This document shows positions 1 through 12,912 of a stretch of 64,000 bases of DNA, piece after piece (the stretch's first letter is position 1; each line of letters opens with the position of its first letter). The translations under genes were made by a program, and so were the position numbers. The notes below the pieces were generated by a model. That model did no database searches and was not told where the DNA came from. It saw only the letters and a list, made by a program, of their open reading frames with translations. The DNA comes from Eledone cirrhosa (lineage: Eukaryota): positions 135,346,001 to 135,410,000 of the forward strand of contig OZ024741.1 in NCBI GenBank assembly GCA_964016885.1, read 5' to 3'.

Positions 1-138
1 TATATGTATATATATAATACGAAAAACGTGTCTGTGATTATTCTTAATACCTTATGCCACCATAACCTTGCGGCTCGACAAATGAAGATCAATGAATTAA
101 GTCCAAACTAAAAAGTCTGAAGTGGACAGTATTTAAGC

Positions 139-175
<37 letters not shown>

Positions 176-178
<3 letters not shown>

Positions 179-360
179 GTTATTCCGGGTTGAATCGGAG
201 GTAACCACAGTAAATAAGGTACTCAATACATTGCAGAGTATAAAAGTTTTAATATAGATGAAATTCTACAGGACTAGAACTGTTTCATTCTTTAGAAATC
301 ATATGATTTCTAAAGAATGAAACAGTTCTAGTCCTGTAGAATCTCATCTATATTAAAACT
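176..360. mobile_element. PLE terminal fragment ending in a 116-bp fold-back (245-360), inserted in (TA)n
   Basis: 245-302 is the reverse complement of 303-360 with one mismatch. It contains the partial HHR string ATGA-tttctaaagaat-GAAA and is flanked by (TA)n. Confidence 0.65.
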
Positions 361-1091
361 ATATATATCTGTATATATATATATAATACGAAAATCTAGT
401 GATAGGCGGATTCCATAGATGCGTGTGGGTGAGTGTGTTAACATGTATTTGTGACCATCTGAGTGTATATATATATATATATATATATAGGTATGTATAT
501 GGGTATTTTTGTGTGTGTATGTACCTTTGTGCGTATATAAATTAGTATATATTTATAAATAAATATATGTATGTGTATTTGTGTGTGTGTATGTATGCAT
601 GTAAGTATATATGTGTCTCCATGTATCTACGTAATTATATATATTATATGTATCTATGTATTAGTGTATCTATGTATTAGTGTATGTATTTATGTATGTA
701 TCTGTTTATATGCATTACTATATGATATAAGCCCTCCCCCAAATAATCTTGAATTCGTTCAAGGATTGATTAAAAAAATATATTAAAATAATGTGTCAGT
801 ATATTCCATGCTGATATCGATTTCTATTGATTTGTGTTAGTCATCATATATTTGTTGTCGTCATGTATATTACAAAATTGACTGATACAAAATCTATGCT
901 AATGACTGATTATTTTCCGTCTCAATCTTTTGAAGATGATGAGTAATGCAGTGAAGTGTATTAACGTAAACTTGTTCTAATTCAAGAGATATTTTAGATA
1001 GTAACATACCGTGGTTTGCTGGACAGAATTAAAGTTGAGATGATTATTAACTCTTAACATCCTGTAATATGACAACTATGATGCCTTTATT

Positions 1092-1480
1092 GTTAAAAAA
1101 AATTCTGAGAAACCGTCTTTGAGGTACAAACTCGTAAGAGTCAAGCTAAACTTGTATAGAAGTGAGCTATAACAACAACATGAATTGACTAGCCCCTGTC
1201 GTTAAAACACCCGAGAAACCTCTTATGGGATACTAACTCGTAGGAAGCAAGCTAATCCTGCATAGGTGCGAACCGTAACAACAACATGATATCGTTAAAA
1301 CACCGAAAAAAAGCATATATGAGATGCACTCTCATAGAGGCCTCGCTAAATCTATGGAGTTTTAAACTAGCAACAACAACTACAACTGAGTTCCCTATTG
1401 TTAAAACACCCGAGAGAACTTCTATGTGATGCAAACTTGTGAGACAGAAGCTAAAACTACATAGATGTAAGCTATAACAA
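1092..1480. repeat. Diverged ~100-bp tandem repeat, about 4 units
   Basis: GTTAAAACAC(C)CGAGAAAC...GCTAAA...AACAACAAC recurs at ~1092, 1201, 1294 and 1400. Confidence 0.7.
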
Positions 1481-1494
1481 TTTCAACATCTTGT

Positions 1495-1635
1495 AAGGTG
1501 AATTAGCAGAGACGTTTGGATTTCGGATAGAATACAGTGCAGTATTTGTTTAATTTGTCTGCATTCCGAGTTTAAAATCTGATATGGTCAAACTTGCCTC
1601 TCATCCTTTTGAGCTCGCTCAATAATGTACCAGTC
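1495..1635 (+). mobile_element. Degenerate tRNA-derived SINE
   Basis: Decayed match to the SINE at 25722 (aacttgcctctcatccttt...gtaccagt). Confidence 0.55.
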
Positions 1636-2296
1636 GCTTCTTCTTCCCCTATATCTCTATTTCACTTTCTCACTCAGGTATGTTCAGATGTGAAAAGGGA
1701 TGAACTCTGCCAGTTTTAAAATTGCATGCATGTCAAGATTTACTTGACTTACTCTTTTCACTGGATTCATGGCCTATTTTAGAATTTGATATTCAGTTAC
1801 TTTCAACTTGACTTTAATATATTCAATTTTGAATGTTTGGGGAAAGCCGATCAATGGACTATAGAAATACAATTGTAAAAGCTAGAGTAAAGTAAGAAAA
1901 ATGCAACAAAACAAGTTTACACCTTTACCTTATAATTCATATTTCGGAGTTAAGATCCATTTTTCTAACGAAAGGAAAGGCAGTGTGATGTTCTTTTACC
2001 AGATTTCCCCAAACAATTATAAGCACATATCTCACGATGCTTCGTGCAAAATAGAGTTTTGCTTATGAAATATATTCTTCATGCAAAAAGATGATGGAAG
2101 TGGGTTTTAGTTATATCCTTGTTTATTCGACGACATAGATAAATCGAGTCATTCTTTCCAACCTCAGTTGCCTGTATATATGTATACGCATACTATGTGT
2201 ATGTATACGTGTGTGCGCATATGCGTATGTATATGAAGGAAAGTATATGTATATGTATGAATGTATATGTGTAAATATGTATTTATGTATAAGTTT

Positions 2297-2343
<47 letters not shown>

Positions 2344-2521
2344 TCCGACAGAAATTGATTGATAAATCGATCAATTTCTGTCGGATGTATTTCTTATTTC
2401 TCACCTCCCTCCTAGTATATCTGTGTGCGCATATAATGTAAATACATATATATGTACATCATCTGTATATGTACATCATCTGTATATATGTATGAATATA
2501 TATATGTGTATATATTTGTAA

Positions 2522-2577
<56 letters not shown>

Positions 2578-3048
2578 CTATAATATATGTATATCTCTAT
2601 ATTTATGGATATATGTATAATTTAATTGTACATATATGATGTATATACAAAAATATATTAATGTATATATGTACACACACATCCACACATATATGTACTC
2701 AAATATGAGTGTAGATGACATGCACGTGGATGTAATGATTGTCCTTGAAAAAAAAAGGTACTAGTAAATTGTACACGGTTCATATATTAGATTATATTTT
2801 TTAAATGAATTTAATTAAATGATTTATTCAAGCATAACAGATTGCAATATTATGGAAATATATATCTCTACGAGGAATATGTAAATATCTAATTAATTAA
2901 AATATTTATATTATTTCACAGTATTTGTTCTTTCTTTGTGGTATTTCATAATTTGTCTTCCCACCGCGTAATGATTTTAAATGATATTCAAAATATATTC
3001 TGAAATAAAGGCAAAATCAATACTAATTTCATTAATGATATAGAATAT

Positions 3049-3115
<67 letters not shown>

Positions 3116-3117
<2 letters not shown>

Positions 3118-3588
3118 CGAAGGAAATGTGGTAAGGAACCAGGTGGACCATAACGCACCAAAGTACTCAATACTTGGGGTAGTAGAGTGGGTAATAGGAA
3201 CCGGTAAGACCCCGACGGCTGAGCTCAAGCCGTTTCGACGGCTAATTCTGGACTAAATGAAAATTTATCCTGGTATTTAAATAGCCGATCTTCTCAAGGG
3301 GTAATTCAGTATCTTCTTTGACCTCATGCCCAGCTGTAGCTGGCACTACCAACGCTTGATTGGGTCTACTCCACCCCCTCCCCTCTTTCTCCTACTGGCA
3401 GGTTTAGCCACCATCTCCCCTACTAATTTGCTATCACAGAATTACTACTGACTTTTGACAATCACTTTGACCATATATGGAATTACCCCTTGAGAAGATC
3501 GGCTATTTAAATACCAGGATAAATTTTCATTTAGTCCAGAATTAGCCGTCGAAACGGCTTGAGCTCAGCCGTCGGGGTCTTACCGGTT

Positions 3589-3593
<5 letters not shown>
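3116..3593. mobile_element. PLE-type terminal repeat with inverted arms (3194-3307 / 3480-3593) in (TA)n
   Basis: Arms are reverse complements and each carries an HHR. A diverged family member lies at ~26370-26710. Confidence 0.75.
3485..3578 (+). ncRNA. Type I hammerhead ribozyme with U3:A8 core (mirror copy 3209-3302 on - strand)
   Basis: Stem I ACCCC/GGGGT; core TTGAGAA; stem II GATCGGCTA...TAGCCGTC; GAAA; stem III CGGCT-tgagctc-AGCCG; GTC cleavage triplet ending at 3573. Confidence 0.8.
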
Positions 3594-3631
<38 letters not shown>

Positions 3632-3742
3632 CTTGGAGACGTGAAATATTCTTAACTCCTGGTGGCTCTTGAGTGCGCCATCTTGACATAGGGCGTATCT
3701 TGGGTATATTAAGCCCAGCACCATCCCGCTTCAGGTTTGAAC

Positions 3743-3798
<56 letters not shown>

Positions 3799-3886
3799 AT
3801 AATAATAAATTTGAAGACTAAAATCCAAAGAGGGCTCGATAAGGATAAATATATATCAAATATATAAGAACCGTAGAGCAAATATA

Positions 3887-4842
3887 TATTAAAATAATAG
3901 ATTAAAGTTTAAGCAAAGAATCGCTGCCTTCACCCTTAACGGGATCTTCTAAAACTAACAAAGTCAATCTGTAAACGCAGAAGTGGATATTTCAAAAAAA
4001 CGTTGCAACCGGAGGAAGACAGGAAGACGATACTTTGGTTCATGGAAACGTTCGCTGGCAAAGAACGGGAAAAAACGAATATAATACGTCATTATTTGTA
4101 GCGGTGAAAAACAATTACACGCAAAGACAGAACCACGTTTATGGTATAAAAGAAGTCGTAGACTAATGTTTTCTTAGGTGGTTCATAGAGACATTCTCTG
4201 GCAATGAACGGAAAAAACGAATGTAATATTCATATGTGGAGCGTGGAGAACAATTGCATGCAAAGACAAAACCACGTAAATGGTATAGCTGAAGTCGTAG
4301 ACTAAAATTCTAACTAGGAAATAGAATGATTCTCCGCTTCAGAGTTAGGAAGAGGTAAATAAAATACAATACAGAAGTAATTGATATTAAATAAATACAT
4401 ACTTTATTTTTAAGTTAACTTTGCCTTTCATCCTTACGGGGTCGATAAAATAAAGTACCAGTAATGTACTGGGTAATTGCTGGCCTTGTGCCTAAAGTAG
4501 AAACAATTAAATAAATACATACACACATCCAAATACGTACATACATAAGCATACGCGAAAACATTAGTCTACGACTTCTTTTATACCATAAACGTGGTTC
4601 TGTCTTTGCGTGTAATTGTTTTTCACCTCTCCTAATAATGACGTATTATATTCGTTTTTTACCGTTCTTTGCCAGGGAACGTTTCCATGAACCAAAGTAT
4701 CGTCTTCCTGTCTTCCTCCGGTTGTAACGTATTTTGAAATATCCACTTCTGCGTTTACAGATTGACTTTGTTAGTTTCAGAAGAACCCGTTAAGGGTGTA
4801 AGCAGCGATTCTTTGCTTAAACTTTAATCTGTTATTTTAATA
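3887..4842. repeat. Inverted repeat (3887-4173 / 4557-4842), probable decayed PLE terminus, with a SINE 3' fragment (4413-4508) in the spacer
   Basis: Arms are reverse complements with scattered substitutions. A decayed HHR-like string CAGAAGA-ACCC-gttaa-GGGT-GTAA lies at ~4778-4801. Flanked by (TA)n. Confidence 0.7.
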
Positions 4843-4843
4843 A

Positions 4844-4913
<70 letters not shown>

Positions 4914-4917
<4 letters not shown>

Positions 4918-5068
4918 AAAGTTATATTTAAATTGTTGGGTTACAACTAGTAAATATTTATAACTGATATAAAAGCACTCGACAAGTATTTGGAGTATAT
5001 TTACAATATTAAATAAATGGAAACTATATTTATAAAACCATATTTATTTCATTATATATATTTCAGGG

Positions 5069-5070
<2 letters not shown>
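4914..5070 (-). mobile_element. PLE terminal fragment; unedited relative of 15717-15873
   Basis: Reverse-complement match to 15717-15873; flanked by (TA)n. Confidence 0.75.
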
Positions 5071-5850
<780 letters not shown>

Positions 5851-5984
5851 ATATTTCATTTTTGATCTTTTTCTCCTTTTTTCCACTAACTCCCCTTCAC
5901 TCCCTCTCGGAGCTCCCTCTCCCACTCTCCTGATGAAAGGCTTATTTGTAACTTGTACTCCTGCGTTGTTGTTTTTTATATTCC

Positions 5985-6082
<98 letters not shown>

Positions 6083-6083
<1 letters not shown>

Positions 6084-7574
6084 CTAATTTAATATATCTA
6101 CTAACATAAGCGCACAGATGTACGCTAATGCCAGCAAATACACAGGTTATGTCATAGTACCTAGGTGGTTCAATGCAGGAGGATGCAGAACAATAATATA
6201 AAAGACGTAAAATAAGAAAATTAAAAAAAAAAAATTTTTTTTAAATTAACTTACTTAAATTTTCACTCCAACTAATTAGTTTCTGCAATGGGATAAAGAC
6301 AGTTACGTAATGAACTGTTGAGAATTTCATTGCGTCATCAGGGAGATCTATTCTCAGCCAAGTCTCCAGGAAATGCGCGGACACTGGGGACTCATATAAA
6401 AATAATAATAATTCGGTAAATGGAACAGCTATCGAGGACTGGATTCCAGGCACTGAAAATTCTCACTGCCACTGGTCATATGGCCGATTCTAAAGAATCA
6501 ATCACGTGACACAGAGCCTAGTCAGTAGGAATGGGATGGTAAGATGACAGACGCCTACTAACACCCCGAACAAATTTAGAAGTGGTTTTGGCAGGTTTGC
6601 TCGACAAATCAGTGATTTGGAGATAAATATAGATAATTTAATATATCTACTAACATAAGCGCACAGATGTACGCTAATGCCAGCAAATACACAGGTTATG
6701 TCATAGTACCTAGGTGGTTCAATGCAGGAGGATGCAGAAAAATAATATAAAAGACGTAAAATAAGAAAATATGTAAAAAAAAAATTAAAAAAAAATTAAC
6801 TTACTTACTTAAATTTTCACTCCAACTAATTAGTTTCTGCAATGGGATAAAGACAGTTACGTAATGAACTGTTGAGAATTTCATTGCGTCATCAGGGAGA
6901 TCTATTCTCAGCCAAGTCTCCAGGAAATGCGTGGACACTGGGGACTCATATAAAAATAATAATAATTCGGTAAATGGAACAGCTATCGAGGACTGGATTC
7001 CAGGCACTGAAAATTCTCACTGCCACTGGTCATATGGCCGATTCTAAAGAATCAATCACGTGACACAGAGCCTAGTCAGTAGGAATGGGATGGTAAGATG
7101 ACAGACGCCTACTAACACCCCCCAAAAATTTAGAAGTGGTTTTGGCAGGTTTGCTCGACAAATCAGTGATTTGGAGATAAATATAGATAATTTAATATAT
7201 CTACTAACATAAGCGCACAGATGTACGCTAATGCCAGAAAATACACAGGTTATGTCATAGTACCTAGGTGGTTCAATGCAGGAGGATGCAGAACAATAAT
7301 ATAAAAGACGTAAAATAAGAAAATTAAAAAAAATTTTTTTTTAAAAATTAACTTACTTAAATTTTCACTCCAACTAATTAGTTTCTGCAATGGGATAAAG
7401 ACAGTTACGTAATGAACTGTTGAGAATTTCATTGCGTCATCAGGGAGATCAATTCTCAGCCAAGTCTCCAGGCAATGCGCGGACACTGGGGACTCATATA
7501 AAAATAATAATAATTCGGTAAATGGAACAGATATCGAGGACTGGATTCCAGGCACTTATTTTACGTCTTTTATA
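6083..7574 (-). repeat. ~550-bp tandem repeat, ~2.7 copies, with a 19-nt inverted terminal piece
   Basis: AATATATCTACTAACATAAG at 6091, 6640 and 7194. 7556-7574 is the reverse complement of an internal segment (atataaaagacgtaaaata). An HHR-like CTGATGA-cgcaat-GAAA lies on - in each unit. Confidence 0.9.
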
Positions 7575-7690
7575 TATATATATATATATATGTGTGTGTA
7601 TATGTCTCTATATATTTATTTGGCGGTAGCAAAAAGACAGTGTTTAAGCATAATGGAGATGTATATGAAAACATATATAACCCCCCCCCC

Positions 7691-7748
<58 letters not shown>

Positions 7749-8154
7749 TGTAAAAGGTAAACAGAAATAACAACACAATCGGTACAGTATATGGAAGAGA
7801 TATATTAGGTTAACGCTTGAGATAGCAGGAAGAGGGTCTTAACGTTTCGGACGCTAGTCATTCATATATATATATGTATGTGAAAGGTAAATAGAAATAA
7901 CAAAACATACGGCACATATATATCCCTGGAGAACGAGAAGGAGAGAAGGAGAGGAAGAGAGGGAGGGCTTGATAAAAGAAATAGTACAGGACTTTATTTA
8001 TCGAATTCGAAAGGATGAAATTTATAGTTTACCTCGCTGAGATTTAAATGCAATCAGCTGGAACAAATTCCGAGGCATTTAAAGAGACATCTTAACGATT
8101 CTGACAATTTGCTACCCTATGCATATTTCTCAGTAATAGATATTTATTTATCCG

Positions 8155-8350
8155 ACAATCGGGAATACAAGCGGCAGAAATGGAGTTCCTCCGAAGGGTC
8201 TTCGGAGTAACGTTATTCGGTAGAGTGCGTAGCTCGGAGATCAGAGAGTCACACCAGGTAGTATCGCTACTTCTCCGAATTGAGAGATCACAGCTCCGAT
8301 ATTATGGGCATGTGGTTAGAATGTCTCAGGAAAGAATCGCTGGACAGATT
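8155..8350 (+). pseudogene. RTE-clade LINE ORF2 C-terminal fragment
   Basis: IQAAEMEFLRRVFGVTLFGRVRSSEIRE...RSQLRYYGHVVRM, the characteristic post-RT motif of RTE-like LINEs. Confidence 0.8.
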
Positions 8351-8554
8351 TTACATTGGATAAGAATGAGTCTGTTACACTCACCCAGTGAAACACGTGT
8401 ATTAGGAAATTGTTCCGTTGATATAATTAAAAAATATATATTTCACAACTTGTTCCTCGGATTCAGTATGCCACTAACTTAGGATATCTGTTTAAGATTA
8501 AACTACGATGTGTGTGTGTTTGTGTATGTATATATATATATATATATATATATA

Positions 8555-9475
8555 GAATAAGGAAAAGCGAAGTAGTTTCAGATGTTCAAGTCCTTTAATA
8601 ATAATGCTGTGATATATATTTCAATGACGACACTGGCCACACTGTTCTGTGTGCGAGTGTCGTGTCATCATCAGACAGCTTGTTACATAATAAGGTTATG
8701 TTTCCGAGGCAATCCAAATTGAATCGACATGGGAACGGATGAAGTTCGTGCTTTTGGGATTTTCATCCGTTCCCTTGTGAGTACCAATTCACCCCCACCG
8801 GTCTGCGCAAGCGCATGTCCGGAGGAGGTTGACCATTAGCCACCGCAGATTTCAACGAAATTCGCTTAGTCAGTTCACCCTCTCTGCCAAAACAATGGCC
8901 AACCTATATTTTCCCTTATGAGTTGATGGTCAGTCTTACTGTCAACGCTTAGTGAAAGGTAGTATTATGACCTATAAAAACTAACACCCTCCCATCTCCT
9001 CTGGCTTTCGGCTGACTGCCACAGTCGTGATGGGTAGCAGTAAACTTTGGTAGGGCATAGGTGGGCCATTGTTTTGGCTGAGAGGGTGAACTGACTAAGC
9101 GAATTTCGTTGAAATCTGCGGTGGCTAATGGTCAACTTCCTCCGGACATGCGCTTGCGCAGACCGGTGGGGGTGAATTGGTACTCACAAGGGAACGGATG
9201 AAAAACCCAAAAGCACGAACTTCATCCGTTCCCATGTCGATTCAATTTGGATTGCCTCGGAAACATAACCTTATTATGTAACAAGCTGTCTGATGATGAC
9301 ACGACACTCGCACACAGAACAGTGTGGCCAGTGTCGTCATTGAAATATATATCACAGCATTAAAGGACTTGAACATCTGAAACTACTTCGCTTTTCCTTA
9401 TTCGATATTTACTCCGTCACTCCTATGTGGAAAAAGTACGTTGAGTGCTTAAATTGAATTGCATCAATGTTTACC

Positions 9476-9478
<3 letters not shown>
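8555..9478. mobile_element. PLE-type terminal repeat with ~350-bp inverted arms (8555-8907 / 9057-9403)
   Basis: Near-identical reverse-complement arms, an HHR in each, (TA)n on both sides. Confidence 0.8.
9285..9358 (+). ncRNA. Type I hammerhead ribozyme (mirror copy 8606-8679 on - strand)
   Basis: Stem I GCTGT/ACAGC; CTGATGA; long stem II (acgacact..cacac/gtgtg..agtgtcgt); GAAA; palindromic TATATA stem III; ATC triplet. Confidence 0.85.
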
Positions 9479-9514
<36 letters not shown>

Positions 9515-9636
9515 AAATGGGGAGAAGAATGCTGCAGGTTGCACATGGATAACATGTAATAAAATAAGTCCCTCATCAGTGATTTGCCGACGATCATAGA
9601 TATTTCATTGCATTATATAAATATATATAAATATAT

Positions 9637-9730
9637 AAATATCCGAGACCCCCAGCAGACAACCCCTCCCCTCCGTTCTTGCTTTCTTCCTATTCTTATT
9701 TTTAAGTCTATCATATCTAGCAACTCTCTC

Positions 9731-9767
<37 letters not shown>

Positions 9768-9864
9768 AGAGAGAGATAGAGTTGCTAGATATGATAGACT
9801 TAAAAATAAGAATAGGAAGAAAGCAAGAACGGGGGGGGGGGTCTGCTGGGGGTCTCGGATATTT
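9637..9864. repeat. Fold-back inverted repeat centred on (CT)n/(GA)n
   Basis: aaatatccgagacccccagcagac...caactctc / gagttg...gtctgctgggggtctcggatattt. Confidence 0.85.
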
Positions 9865-10285
9865 CTACGCATTAAGGACAATATATCTACCCCCCAGTGC
9901 GTTCAATAACTAGGTAAGTTATTGGGAAAACGGAGGAGGGAGGGAAGGAAGATATAGGATAACAGAAGGGAAGAGGGAAAAAAAGAGAGAAAAGAGAAAA
10001 ACACCGGAAAAAACCCCGAAAAAAACGGGAAACAACAAATAGAAGCGTGTCCGAGCAGCTTGAAGAAAGAAAATTCAAGTCCACGACGGTAACATAAGTT
10101 CTAGATAGTGTGGACGAGCGAAAAGACAGGTGTGAGTGAGAAAAGAACTGCTAGAGGGTTAGGTAAGGGAAACAATGAGGTGGCTAGCAGAAAGAGGGTG
10201 AGTAGAAGTGAGAGGGAGAATGGGAGAGAAAGAAAGTGGGGGAAGAGTTGATGGCAACAAAATAGGTAGGTAGAAGGAGAGAGAA

Positions 10286-10353
<68 letters not shown>

Positions 10354-10907
10354 GGCTGACTGAATACATACAAGTTTTTTCTCAAAAAAATGTTTCCCGT
10401 TCCGTCCCTGCCTCTTCTAACACTATCTTTCTATTTCATCTTTTATTTCTCATTCTATCTTCTGATTAAGGACTACTGTCCGAAACGTTGAGAGCCTTTT
10501 TATACTATATCAAACGTTAAACTAATATATTTCCTCATCGTACTGTACCGTTTGCTTTGTTATTCCAGCTTACTTTTGCATATATATATATTTATATACA
10601 CGCAAGCGACTAATCCTTAGAGTATACTCTATTTTATCGAAGACTTATATTTCGACTAATTGAAAGAGAAAGTCTTGTTCGCCAAGTAAACTGATAATAT
10701 TTAAGTGCACATCACATTACTACACAGACATAACACATTGTTTCTCACACTTTCTCACGTTCTCCCCTTCTATCTCTGTCTATTTATCTCGCAATCATTC
10801 ACTGTCCTTGTCCGCTTCCTTCTCTATATTTTTCTATATTCAGTGAATATCACCATATATATATATGTTTATTTACATTTATATGTATACGTATATTTAT
10901 TTACATG

Positions 10908-10970
<63 letters not shown>

Positions 10971-10991
10971 ATGTAATTATGTATTCATGTT

Positions 10992-11063
<72 letters not shown>

Positions 11064-11536
11064 CTCTCTTGCTGTTTAAATATGTATATATATAAATATA
11101 TATACATGTTTAAACAGCAAGAGAGGTATTAGCAGTTCAATGTTTCAGATTTACTGATAAAACATGGAAACGAAAGTCGTTTTGGTGCACGTTATTATTA
11201 GAAGTAGAACACCGTGTTCACAAATAATTGAAACAAAATTATTTATGGATATATTTCGGTGGATCTCTTCCCCTCCAGTATTGTTTTCAATGAAGGGCCG
11301 GCGGCATTCGTATTTCAAGCCACAGAAGGCGAAATCGCTTTTGTTTCTGACACATGTTTAAGGAGTAACGGGCTTCTTTTCAAACAGATAATGTGTGAAC
11401 TGGTTGTGTTGATTTTATAGGTTACAAGTTAGCTGATTTCTGTGACTTCGGGAATTTAAACATCACGGATCCTTTAAAATAAACATGGATTTAGAGAGAC
11501 GTGTGGAATTTTTTCAGTTGTTTGAAATGTATGAAT

Positions 11537-11568
<32 letters not shown>

Positions 11569-11707
11569 ACGCGCACGCAGGCACACACACGCACCCCACC
11601 CCCACATATATATACATATATATGTAGGAGGTGAGTTTTATTGTAGTACAATAAAGCAATGCAGATATCGGATAAGAAGCACTCTACAGTTTGTAATATA
11701 TAATAAC

Positions 11708-12078
11708 AAAAGATGGTTAAAAGAGTTCCATGTATTTTATTATGCGCATTTCAAAAACAAATATTATCATGCAATAATATTTGTGTTTTCATCAGATAAA
11801 ACAGGAAGACATGATATGAAGATTAAAAAACACTTGTGGATAGTGCAGTTTTCAATCAACATATATTGATTTAAAACTGATAAATATATTAAATATATTG
11901 ATTTAAAACTGATTAAATCAACATATGTTGATTTAAAACTGCACTATCCACAAGTGTTTTTTAATCTTCATATCATGTCTTCCTGTTTTATCTGATGAAA
12001 ACACAAATATTATTGCATGATGATTTTGTTTTTGAAATGCGCATAATAAAATACATGGAACTCTTTTAACCATCTTTT
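11708..12078. mobile_element. PLE-type inverted terminal repeat
   Basis: 11708-~11870 is the reverse complement of ~11915-12078; HHR in both arms. Confidence 0.75.
11986..12051 (+). ncRNA. Minimal type I hammerhead ribozyme (mirror copy 11735-11801 on - strand)
   Basis: Stem I TTTTAT/ATAAAA; CTGATGA; stem II acaaa..tttgt; GAAA; palindromic TGCGCA; ATA triplet. Confidence 0.8.
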
Positions 12079-12090
12079 TTTCTTATATAT

Positions 12091-12171
<81 letters not shown>

Positions 12172-12630
12172 CGTTTCTGAATTTGTTTAGCAAGATTCTT
12201 TATCTGAAATCGTGTGTTGAAACCGATATTGTTATACTTTGGGAGGGTCATGTTGCCAATAAGAAACACACGCACCAGTTGCTTTCACTTCAATTTATTA
12301 TAATAAATTTATAATAAATTTATAAATTTATAAATTTCTGGTTGGTTGGTTGGTTCCACAACTAGATAGTTGTTTATATATTGTCATAGTTCTTTCGTCA
12401 CACACTCTGTGACCTCTTCAGTGACTGGGGATTCCTTTCTTTGTTTCTGTGCCTCTCCTTTGTTCTGTCCTACGCCATTTTGTTTCTGTGTGTGTGTTGT
12501 GTGCTCAGTCTGCGCATGCGCCACATCCGGGTGTCTGTGTGTGTTTATGTTCATTTATTTATTTATTTGTTTATTTACATGTTACTGGCTGGTTATTTGT
12601 TCTATGTGTGTGTGTGTTTTCATTTTGTCC

Positions 12631-12910
12631 TTAATTGTAAGTTGTGATGTTGCTGTTCCACTCATATTTTCTATTTAATTTTGGTTGTAATTCTTTTATA
12701 TTTATTGCCTCTGTAATTTGTCTAAACATTGCGTCTTTTCTGTGTGTAGATTCTATTTTTATTTCTATGTTCTCTAATTTACCCTTGTGTTCTATTTTAG
12801 CATGTTGGTAGAGTACATATGATTCTTTACTATCTTGAAGGTCTCGCCAGTGTTCATTTATCCGTTCCCCTACACTACGAGCTGTCTCACCTATGTACAC
12901 TATATTTTTG
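12631..12910 (-). pseudogene. GIY-YIG endonuclease 3' fragment of a separate PLE family
   Basis: YIGETARSVGERINEH...HAKIEH...RQITEAINIKELQPKLNRKYEW. Confidence 0.85.
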
Positions 12911-12912
12911 TC

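Noticed and set aside
3887-4842. A second edited hairpin or a MITE
   Set aside because: Arm mismatches are mixed transitions and transversions with no A>G bias; no clear TSD or transposase-type termini.
6241-7555. Three repeated 68-101 aa ORFs (MPGIQSS...)
   Set aside because: Non-ATG starts, no recognisable domain; a by-product of the 550-bp repeat.
10455-10500. Active hammerheads at ~10460, ~43450, ~5929 and ~7840
   Set aside because: Cores are mutated (CTGATTA, CCGAAGA) or truncated; treated as decayed remnants only.
11130-11480. Possible host exon in unique sequence
   Set aside because: No convincing open frame or recognisable protein motif on either strand; cannot be supported without homology or RNA data.
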